A stretch of 64,000 bases of DNA from an uncultured delta proteobacterium (lineage in GTDB: Bacteria > Desulfobacterota > Desulfobacteria > Desulfobacterales > QNYZ01). Of this stretch, positions 10,031 to 17,834 are shown one piece after another. The position numbers and the translations under genes were made by a program. The stretch is taken from NCBI GenBank assembly GCA_963845145.1, contig CAWJQU010000008.1:64001-128000 (forward strand). Reading direction: 5' to 3'. The notes beneath the pieces were generated by a model, which saw only the letters and a program-made list of their open reading frames with translations, made no database searches and was not told the DNA's origin. How positions within the stretch are numbered: position 1 is the stretch's first letter; each line of letters opens with the position of its first letter.

Positions 10031-10116
10031 TAAAGTTCATTCGATTAATGCGTTTTTTTGTTAAGAGATCTACCAAATTAAATGATATTGCTTTCAGCAA
10101 CCAATCCCTCCGGGCC

Positions 10117-12234
10117 TCATCTTGAGGTAGACGCAAGCCCTTCCAAATATCTGTAGCTGGCAACCTCCCACGGCGTCATTACGGCACAAACCAAGTTGTC
10201 CCGACGATACGCCTTAAGTGCGTTTGAATTCAGACCAAACGCCCCTTTCAGCGAATCCGGGAATAAGGGCGAAAAAATATCCCGGGCCAGCGATATCAAT
10301 ACGGCGATCATACCCTTGTTCGGCAGCAAGCGAAGCTGCCTTGAAAGCTCGGAATTGGAAAGGGTTGGTGAGGATAAAGATTGAATAATCCCTGCCACAT
10401 CTTGGATCTGGGTAAGAGTGTGCCATGTCGGCCACTCAACAGAGACCAATAAAGATAGTAGGGCCTGATCAGCAGCGGAAGGTGCCGGAAAGGACCCCGC
10501 CGGTGTCTCGATCGTCGTGAGATTGGCCAGCAACCCATCCACATTCAGTGCATCAACCGGGTCAAAGCAACACAAAGAATCTAATCGATCATGAACAACC
10601 ACCTGCCACGGGGCATATGAATCGATCCGGGGGCGTTCGGAACCGGCATACCGGACAGACATTGTTTGAGAAATAAACTGACGGGAAGGCAAGCGTTCAT
10701 TTTCCAGCCGCTCTATGACGGCTTGCATCTGACCGGAAGATGTTAAAATATGCGCTTGATGAAAAGGTCTCGTTTCCGGATTTCGGCAAAACCGCTCGGC
10801 AATTGATGGACCATAAACCACACACCATTTTCCCTTTAAATCATTCAATACAAGGGCCACCCGGCAGAAAAACGTCATGTATGCCTGCCGAGACTTTTGG
10901 GCTGCTTCTAAACTCATTTCAAGCGAATTCACTAAATAGGGCGGTAAATTTGGTCTTTTTTTTTCACTATATAAAAGTGTTTTTGCGATTTGTGGCAGTG
11001 ACCCGTGATGATCGGCAAGTTTTAATAAGGTCCACCATTGAGAGGGCGACAATTGGCCGGACGCCGGCTTTCGGGGTGAAAATGAAAGAATGGAGATAAA
11101 ATTTTCGAAGATCCTGTTCTTTGTATCCCCTGGGAAATGGACGGACCGCTGCTGTCTATGGCGTTGGGGTGCCAGGCAAGCCCGGTTTGGGGCCGCTAAA
11201 ACCGATTTCAGCTGGTCGTTTAATTTACTGAAATGCAGCCGATAAGGAACCGAAAAAGCGGGGTAATCGGAAGCCAATTTAAGCATCGTTTCAAAATGGC
11301 TGCCGACGATCCTGGTTGGGCCGGTATAATAGCCTGATTCAAGAATTTGTTTGGAAGCCGCCATTTGATCCATCGGCGTTAACGCCTCCGGTGTTATTGC
11401 ATCCGGTGTTATCAAATCAGGGTCCGTTGCCTCCAAAGAAAGCATGAGGGAAGCCATTACCGGACAAGCCTGCTCGCTGATATTAATAAACACATCATGG
11501 CAATTATAGGCATCTTTTCCCTTCACCTGTTCAAGGGAATCTGAAAGGGGAACCCCCGATTCGAGCAACAATTGACGACTTTGAGCTGATAACATTAAAA
11601 AGTCGGACACGCCCGAAACCATCAAGCCGCTGTCGGTTTCGAATAGAAGACAGCGATCCTCCGCCATGAAACGTCCTATCCCGAGGCTTGTCAAGCCGGT
11701 GGCCATGGTCGACTTTCCGGACCCCGACGGGCCTAAAATCAATAACGCCCGGCCATTTATTTCAATCGCTCCGGCATGAACCATATATCTTTTTTCATAT
11801 CTCAATATCTCCGTGTAGGCCAGACGTCCCAATCGCTCCGCAGCCGGTAAACCGTTTTTCAAAAAGGATAGCGAAGCGGTTCGGTTTATATAATCAAGGG
11901 TTAAGCTTGCCCCGGGAATCGACGCCCGATAAAGACCGCCCGGATCTTCTTCCGCCCAATGGATCTCAATGCCCGGCCACATAAACAGCGTACGTGCAGT
12001 TGATGGTTTTAAAAAGCCTATTTGCGATTGTGACCCAATTGATTGAACATCCAGATACCAGACTTTACCACCGGCTTCGCCTCTTGGCATTGCGTCTAAT
12101 GAAGGAAAAATACGTTTTAAGGGTATATCCTCATGACAAGTAACTTCAATTGAAACATCAAAAATTCCAAACACAACACGATCCATCAACGGTTTTCCTT
12201 TCGACACATCATCGGGCCTGAACGTCACAGTCAA
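10117..12234 (-). CDS. HPr-kinase-like P-loop kinase fused to a degenerate nucleotidyltransferase (NTP_transf_5-like) domain
   Basis: VHAGAIEINGRALLILGPSGSGKST and MAEDRCLL; C-terminal WTLLKLADHHG and VVYGPSIAERF..ETRPFHQAHIL lacking KG and DxD. Confidence 0.75.
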   Translation of the reverse strand: MTVTFRPDDVSKGKPLMDRVVFGIFDVSIEVTCHEDIPLKRIFPSLDAMPRGEAGGKVWYLDVQSIGSQSQIGFLKPSTARTLFMWPGIEIHWAEEDPGGLYRASIPGASLTLDYINRTASLSFLKNGLPAAERLGRLAYTEILRYEKRYMVHAGAIEINGRALLILGPSGSGKSTMATGLTSLGIGRFMAEDRCLLFETDSGLMVSGVSDFLMLSAQSRQLLLESGVPLSDSLEQVKGKDAYNCHDVFINISEQACPVMASLMLSLEATDPDLITPDAITPEALTPMDQMAASKQILESGYYTGPTRIVGSHFETMLKLASDYPAFSVPYRLHFSKLNDQLKSVLAAPNRACLAPQRHRQQRSVHFPGDTKNRIFENFISILSFSPRKPASGQLSPSQWWTLLKLADHHGSLPQIAKTLLYSEKKRPNLPPYLVNSLEMSLEAAQKSRQAYMTFFCRVALVLNDLKGKWCVVYGPSIAERFCRNPETRPFHQAHILTSSGQMQAVIERLENERLPSRQFISQTMSVRYAGSERPRIDSYAPWQVVVHDRLDSLCCFDPVDALNVDGLLANLTTIETPAGSFPAPSAADQALLSLLVSVEWPTWHTLTQIQDVAGIIQSLSSPTLSNSELSRQLRLLPNKGMIAVLISLARDIFSPLFPDSLKGAFGLNSNALKAYRRDNLVCAVMTPWEVASYRYLEGLASTSR

Positions 12235-12461
12235 TCAGGGCTGAGCCACTCTAAAGATAGTTTAAATTCCCATTTTTATTTAAAAAAGTCCGACTAGTAC
12301 AGTCCCGCTCTATAAAAAATTACTTGACATAATTGAATATTCAGATAGTACTTGCAATAACTTCAAAGTACATAGCATAAGGTGTGATTAATACCATAGG
12401 CTGGGAAGAAAAACGAGTTGATCACGATTTTGAATGATAACCACCCTATTTAATTTTTTAC

Positions 12462-12467
12462 AGGAGG
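12462..12467 (+). promoter_or_regulatory. Strong Shine-Dalgarno for the RRE-precursor gene
   Basis: AGGAGG 4 nt upstream of ATG 12472; a TTGACA hexamer lies at 12324-12329 in the divergent intergenic region. Confidence 0.7.
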
Positions 12468-12471
12468 CAAA

Positions 12472-12915
12472 ATGACCGAAAAGAAAAAAAAAGTACAGAT
12501 TGGTGAGCATGTGACCTGGAAAGCAATGGGAGATGACAAAAGCATTATCCTCGATCTAGATTCCGGGAGCTATTACACATTGAACGAGACCGCCACAACC
12601 GCCTGGAAAATAATCGACCAGGGTGGTGATATCGATCAAGTGGTCCGCACCCTGAGTGGAAATTTTACAGCAGATAATGCTTCAATCAGCGATGATGTCA
12701 TGACCTTCACCAAAGCTTTGTCGCATAAGGGCCTGGCAACACTGATCGACAAAGAATCTTCGGAAGAAACGGCCATCACACCGGAAATTTTGGGCAACCC
12801 GCTCGAATATACCAAACCCGCTATCGAACAACATGAGGCCATGCAACAGGTAACGGCCGGCACGGGCAGCAGTTCCAGCTCATCCGGGGGGGGACACTAC
12901 TGGTATCCGAATTAA
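12472..12915 (+). CDS. PqqD-family RRE fused to a C-terminal RiPP precursor (lasso-like leader plus core GTGSSSSSSGGGHYWYPN)
   Basis: IILDLDSGSYYTLNETATTAWKII...DVMTFTKALSHKGL is a typical PqqD/RRE pattern; tail has YTKPAI and Thr at -2 before Gly. Confidence 0.8.
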   Translation: MTEKKKKVQIGEHVTWKAMGDDKSIILDLDSGSYYTLNETATTAWKIIDQGGDIDQVVRTLSGNFTADNASISDDVMTFTKALSHKGLATLIDKESSEETAITPEILGNPLEYTKPAIEQHEAMQQVTAGTGSSSSSSGGGHYWYPN

Positions 12916-12976
12916 TCCTTAAGCGAAAACAACCCGGCACTTCTTTTAAGAACAGCACCTGAAATGAACGAATCAT

Positions 12977-13053
12977 AGTGCCCGTCATGCCTGAAATACC
13001 GCAAAATTGGCGTGCAATTTTACGGTATTTCAGGCTTGACGAGGCACTTTTTT
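12977..13053 (+). terminator. Long hairpin with U-tract after the precursor gene (leaky terminator or mRNA stabiliser)
   Basis: AGTGCCCGTCATGCCTGAAATACCGCAAAATTG pairs with CAATTTTACGGTATTTCAGGCTTGACGAGGCACT, followed by a T-run. Confidence 0.75.
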
Positions 13054-13255
13054 AATGACATGCGACTTTTGAGTGCTGTTTAACCCTTTTCCGAGACTAA
13101 ATCATTCAATACCTCTTAAAATTGGTTTTTGTGTCACAATTTTCCATCAAATAAGATGGCCGTTGCCGTGAGTCACTCTGCCCCCTCAGCCCCCATGGAT
13201 CATACAGAACCTAAATGGACTATTTATTTTAGCGACCAGCCCTACAGGTATCATT

Positions 13256-14257
13256 TTGGGTAACTTATACATCACAACTCTGTGCAATCGACATTGCAGC
13301 TACTGCTTCGCAAATCTACCCGCACCAAAAACCAATACTCCGCGGGATCATGCGGGACTTCTGGAATTCATGCCCCCTGATTTTGTGGAAAAATCCATTC
13401 GGTTTTTACAAAGATCAGGCATGCAGACCGTTGGTGTTTTGGGCGGAGAACCGACGCTGCATCCAGGCTTTACCGATATCATAAATCAGATTATTGATTC
13501 TAAAATGAACGTAAGGCTTTTCACGGGTGGGATTATTTCTTCGGGCATGATTAATTATTTAAAATCTTTGCCTTACGATCGCATTCGCATAATCATCAAT
13601 CTTCCTAGCGGTGAGGCGTGCCATACTAAAAAGTATGAACGAATTATTGCATCCTTGAAAAATTTATCAGACCGCGCCATGATCAGCTATACCATAACAC
13701 AACCGGACGAGGATCTGGTCCATCTAAGTGATCTGGCCGGTTCCTTGGATACCCTGCCTTTTATTCGATTGGGCATCATGTTGCCACGCGTCGAACAAAA
13801 TAAGCATGGATTAAAACCTTCAAAATATGGTGACTTGGCCGCCCCCATCTTGAGATTGTCCCGGGCATGCCACCGTCGCAACATATCGCTTGAATTCGAT
13901 TGTGGCTTTACCCGATGTATGTTTACGCCTGAAGAGATATCACAACTAACACACTCGAACTGTCGCCCTCGGTTTGTTTGCAGCCCGATTATTGATATCG
14001 GATGTGACCTGCAGACATGGTCCTGTTTTCCACTTCAGCAATTAACCCAATTTAAACTGGATGATTTTTCAACGCGAGAGGAGCTGGTTGATCAATTTTC
14101 TCAAACCCAATCACCCTATCGAACCTTTGGGGTATACGACACGTGTCATCAATGTGCCTATAAACAAAAAGGGCAATGTGCCGGGGGGTGCCTGGCTCAT
14201 ACGATTCGCAGCTTTAACAAAAACAAGCCGACATGGCAAAAGGAAGACGCACATTGA
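13256..14257 (+). CDS. Radical SAM protein with C-terminal SPASM-like Cys motif (maturase 3)
   Basis: CNRHCSYC at the extreme N-terminus, LGGEPTLHP, CHQCAYKQKGQCAGGC; TTG start. Confidence 0.85.
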   Translation: MGNLYITTLCNRHCSYCFANLPAPKTNTPRDHAGLLEFMPPDFVEKSIRFLQRSGMQTVGVLGGEPTLHPGFTDIINQIIDSKMNVRLFTGGIISSGMINYLKSLPYDRIRIIINLPSGEACHTKKYERIIASLKNLSDRAMISYTITQPDEDLVHLSDLAGSLDTLPFIRLGIMLPRVEQNKHGLKPSKYGDLAAPILRLSRACHRRNISLEFDCGFTRCMFTPEEISQLTHSNCRPRFVCSPIIDIGCDLQTWSCFPLQQLTQFKLDDFSTREELVDQFSQTQSPYRTFGVYDTCHQCAYKQKGQCAGGCLAHTIRSFNKNKPTWQKEDAH

Positions 14258-15522
14258 ATCAGGATTCAGCGTTTAATCGAATTGTTAAGAATCTCATCAC
14301 CCTTCTATCCGGTGAGCGCAATTCGATCGATCAAGCCATTTTAAGCGATGATCGCTCTATGCGCCAATTCGCCCGAATCTGCCATACTCATGGAATTCAC
14401 CATCTTGTGGCGTTTCTCTTAAACGAAAGAGCCGATAACAAGGCTGAAATTTTACCGTTAACATCGGCTCTTTGTACGGATACAGCAGCACGTATGGCCT
14501 TTTTAATGGGGGCCCAATTCCAGGCCAAACAACTGGCCGGGCAATTCAAAAAACAACAGATACCGGTGATATTCTTCAAAGGTATCGTCTTGGCGAATAC
14601 CGTTTACGCGGACCACCCCCTGAATCGCTTATTCGGCGATATCGACATCCTCATCCCATTTAAATTTTTCGATACAGCCATTGAAACAATGGTCGACCTG
14701 GGATATACGCTGGCTTCACATAAACAGGATATTGCAAGCCTGCGAAAGTATAACCGTAAATTGTGTTTTCGGCCGCCTCCCGGCCGGACATGCAGCATCG
14801 ATGTCCATTTCCAGTTATTCGGTAAAAAATTGTACACCCAGACGGCATGTTTATCTGAGGCGTTTTTTTTTAAACATGCCCGTCAAATAGTCGTCGGTAA
14901 CGAGACCTATTGGGTGCCACGCGAAGAACTCCACTTTTTATATCTACTGATCCACTTTTCATTGCAACATCACCTCGCTTCCCTGGGATGGATGTACGAT
15001 ATCAAACATCTACTCGCCCGCAGCCAGGATTGGGATTGGGATTTTTTAGGCGACACGGTGGCGGTTTTTAAAGTTAAGCGAAGTGTGTGGCTATCTCTGG
15101 CTGCGACTAAAAAACACCTAAAAGCAACGCCCCCCCCGCGGTTTTGTCAAAGGATTCAACCATCACCCCTTGGTCCTTTGGAACGGGCCTGGTTTGGCGC
15201 CCAATTGAATGGATTTAACATCGCCTGCTTGGCGCATCACTACCATCAGCAAACGCTTTTAGGAAAGGCATCGCGGATGTTTTCCGAGGTTCTTTTAATC
15301 GACCGCAAAGCCGATCGCGTAAGGGCCATTTTAAAATGGGCATTTCCGGACCCCGCCCTTTTGCGCACCTCTTACCGCCTGACAAAGGCATGGCAAATAG
15401 TACTTGCTTATATGGCCCACCCCTTTGTATTGCTATTTTTCCTGATTAGCATTGGTGTGCTCTCAAATCGATATCGCAACGAGCCCACCCGCCAACCAAC
15501 AACTAAATCTCGTTACCCATAA
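14254..15522 (+). CDS. Nucleotidyltransferase family protein (NTP_transf_5-like) with intact DxD
   Basis: FFKGIVLANTVY...RLFGDIDILI, IDVHFQL, WMYDI; TTG 14254 overlaps the upstream TGA (alternative ATG 14233). Confidence 0.85.
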   Translation: MNQDSAFNRIVKNLITLLSGERNSIDQAILSDDRSMRQFARICHTHGIHHLVAFLLNERADNKAEILPLTSALCTDTAARMAFLMGAQFQAKQLAGQFKKQQIPVIFFKGIVLANTVYADHPLNRLFGDIDILIPFKFFDTAIETMVDLGYTLASHKQDIASLRKYNRKLCFRPPPGRTCSIDVHFQLFGKKLYTQTACLSEAFFFKHARQIVVGNETYWVPREELHFLYLLIHFSLQHHLASLGWMYDIKHLLARSQDWDWDFLGDTVAVFKVKRSVWLSLAATKKHLKATPPPRFCQRIQPSPLGPLERAWFGAQLNGFNIACLAHHYHQQTLLGKASRMFSEVLLIDRKADRVRAILKWAFPDPALLRTSYRLTKAWQIVLAYMAHPFVLLFFLISIGVLSNRYRNEPTRQPTTKSRYP

Positions 15523-15720
15523 TCGGGGCTCGTATAAGGGTCTGTATGAAAATAACTTCACAAGCTAATTTTTAAAATGTTTCAGTTTGTTAAAGGCCTA
15601 TAAGAGCGATTCACCTTAAGGGGACTAACCACAGAAATACAATAGGTATTTCGAGGAGTAGAATTTGAGTCAGACTTAGAGATTGAGTAAACGGGGACGT
15701 TTTAAAATCGGTTTCACATT

Positions 15721-16713
15721 TTAAGCATCAATCGGATGCACGGTGACAGCCTCAAGCCTCCCCTCCTCCTCAAGTTTTCGCATGCCCTGTTCGTAATATG
15801 TTCGGCATAACGAGCACGTGTGGCACTCCTGGTCGCAATTTAGGGTCTTCTTATAGAACGCTTCAGTCACATCAATCGGTTGCAGCACGGATGCCGGCCC
15901 GCCCCCCAAAACGTTGGGTGTGAGCGGCTGGTGATTAATGTAGGAATCCAGCACGTGAATGTACTTGGCGGGCTTCCGAAGCGTCACACGCCCGCCCAGC
16001 TTAAGTTCATCATATACGCCCTCGAACAGATGCAAATGCTGGGGAAGTACCCACCCACCGGTGAGTCTAAGCCAGGGATCGCGCGATAGCATTTCCCAGC
16101 ACAATGACCTAGGCGCCGCAAAGTCGCACCCCATCTCGTGAAAGTGCTGAATCCGGAAGATACAACCGGGAAGGCAAGATTCGTTGACCAGAAAGCGAAT
16201 CTTGCCGGGAAAGGCAGCCTTCAGAGACCGCAAAGCGGGCAAATCCCTCACGATTCGGGCACCCGGAACAAGCGTGTCGAAAACATCCCCTAACATGGCG
16301 ACTTGGTTGGGTTTCGTAATCATCATCAGGCACGAGCCGGTCAGCTCCAGGTCGGGTAGTTTTTCGCGAACACGACGCGCAAGCGTGAGGTTGGTCACGG
16401 TTGCGCCCTTGAGACCGCATTCGTCACGCAACCGTCTCAACTCGTCGATCACACGCGGCGTAATTTCCTCGACAGGTCGTTTGAGTGTGATTGGATTCAA
16501 TAGCGCCGTGCAAGCGAACGGACAGTCACGGAGGAACGCCTCGCGGTGTTGTGAAGATTGCGTGGGCTCACCCGAAGAGATAATATCTTCAAGCAGCGGG
16601 AAGTAAACTTCACCGATGTGGTCATTGAAAAGTTCGTCGAAATGCTGCCAGACTTCAATTGGGAAATCGATATACGGAATTGCCCACTTCGTGGGACCAC
16701 TTGATTTTTTCAT
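15721..16713 (-). CDS. U32-peptidase-like Fe-S protein (putative O2-independent hydroxylase family)
   Basis: LVNESCLPGC..RIQH, LKLGGR (KxxGR-like), C-terminal CDQECHTCSLC. Confidence 0.65.
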   Translation of the reverse strand: MKKSSGPTKWAIPYIDFPIEVWQHFDELFNDHIGEVYFPLLEDIISSGEPTQSSQHREAFLRDCPFACTALLNPITLKRPVEEITPRVIDELRRLRDECGLKGATVTNLTLARRVREKLPDLELTGSCLMMITKPNQVAMLGDVFDTLVPGARIVRDLPALRSLKAAFPGKIRFLVNESCLPGCIFRIQHFHEMGCDFAAPRSLCWEMLSRDPWLRLTGGWVLPQHLHLFEGVYDELKLGGRVTLRKPAKYIHVLDSYINHQPLTPNVLGGGPASVLQPIDVTEAFYKKTLNCDQECHTCSLCRTYYEQGMRKLEEEGRLEAVTVHPIDA

Positions 16714-16816
16714 CTCATGCCTATTCCAAAATTCTCCGATCGGCCGCCAGTGGCGGTCATATCGTCTATTACGCTCTCTGTCATCCGAAAAGAGATAGTG
16801 ATAAAAAGGAGTTGCC

Positions 16817-17209
16817 TTATTTCACCGTCATCACCGGACAAGCGGCTTTTAAAATGATCTGCTGGGCCGTAGACCCCATCAGCAGCTTACCCACTTTGGA
16901 ACGGCGCCTGACCCCGATAAAGATTTCATCCACATTGTTTTCGGCGGCATAGGAGATTAAATCGTGCCCCGGCGTATTCCCCCGAATCAGAAGATGCGTT
17001 TCGCATGTCAACCCGTCATCCGTCACCAATTTTTTCACCGATTCCAGCGCATTATTGGCGGCCTCAATGTCGGACACTTCATTTTCAGTACCGTGCTGCA
17101 TGGACGTGATGATACAGATAACGGCTTTGAATTGTTTGGCGTGCTTGCAGGCCAGATTTAATGCTGCCTGGGCCGAATTCGAGCCATCATAACCAACGAG
17201 AATTTTCAT
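16817..17209 (-). CDS. Universal stress protein (UspA family)
   Basis: KILVGYDGS, IFIGVRRRSKVGKLLMGSTAQQIILKAACPV. Confidence 0.93.
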   Translation of the reverse strand: MKILVGYDGSNSAQAALNLACKHAKQFKAVICIITSMQHGTENEVSDIEAANNALESVKKLVTDDGLTCETHLLIRGNTPGHDLISYAAENNVDEIFIGVRRRSKVGKLLMGSTAQQIILKAACPVMTVK

Positions 17210-17296
17210 ATTTTTTCCTTTCTATTTGTTGAAGGGGAAATCGAATAGGATTAAAACGGAAGAAAATGATTGTTTCATGGGAGTGATCGCACTTGG

Positions 17297-17350
17297 TTGT
17301 TATAGTTGCGGCCTGGCTGTAATAGTTGAGGCCTATCTGTAATAGTTGAG
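17297..17350. repeat. Three tandem copies of a ~20-bp unit upstream of the USP gene
   Basis: TTGTTATAGTTGCG, CTGTAATAGTTGAG and CTGTAATAGTTGAG starting at 17297, 17317 and 17337. Confidence 0.7.
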
Positions 17351-17386
17351 ATTAGTTCGTTATGCTTCGATTCGTAAAATAATACC

Positions 17387-17414
17387 CGCCCCCTTCGGCA
17401 TACCAAAGGGGGCG
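17387..17414 (-). terminator. Intrinsic terminator after the dodecin gene
   Basis: CGCCCCCTT...AAGGGGGCG stem with a T-rich tail on the minus strand. Confidence 0.6.
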
Positions 17415-17437
17415 TATTCAAATTTACGCTTTTTTCA

Positions 17438-17638
17438 TCAGCTGTCAACGATAAATGTCACCTTTGCGTTTACACGATAACGGGCAATGTTGTTATCGTC
17501 GACGATGGCCTGAATACCTTCTGCATATACATTTTTAATGTTCTTTACAGTCTTGCTGGCTTCACTGACAGCCGCCTCAAACGCACCTTCCACACTGCTA
17601 CCTTCAGAAATCAGTTCGATGACTTTTGCAATTGCCAT
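17438..17638 (-). CDS. Dodecin family flavin-binding protein
   Basis: IAKVIELI..AVSEASKTVKNI..YRVNAKVTF, 66 aa, AAGGAG SD. Confidence 0.88.
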   Translation of the reverse strand: MAIAKVIELISEGSSVEGAFEAAVSEASKTVKNIKNVYAEGIQAIVDDNNIARYRVNAKVTFIVDS

Positions 17639-17834
17639 TCTTAGCTCCTTTCAAATGAGGGTTGAATAGAAAAGGATGTTAAAACCCAGGCTCATACCGA
17701 TGGCGATGCTGCCGGCCTCAAGGGTAAGTCAAGGTTTTATAGCCAATTCTATCACTATTGATAAAACCGCCGCAGATTTCCCGCCGACGGGTTGAACACA
17801 TTGGCCCCTTCTCAATCCACACCAGTATCCTGGC

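Noticed and set aside
12324..12352. Sigma70 promoter for the precursor
   Set aside because: TTGACA is present but the -10 at 16-18 bp spacing is poor, so no promoter was called
12859..12912. Sactipeptide, ranthipeptide or PQQ precursor
   Set aside because: Core has no Cys and no ExxxY motif; no pqqB or pqqC nearby
12808..12915. Canonical lasso peptide
   Set aside because: Leader is lasso-like, but the core has no Asp/Glu at positions 7-9 or anywhere else, and no lasso cyclase gene is in the window
17297..17350. CRISPR array
   Set aside because: 20-bp period leaves no spacers; no cas genes or CRISPR-like arrays seen in the window
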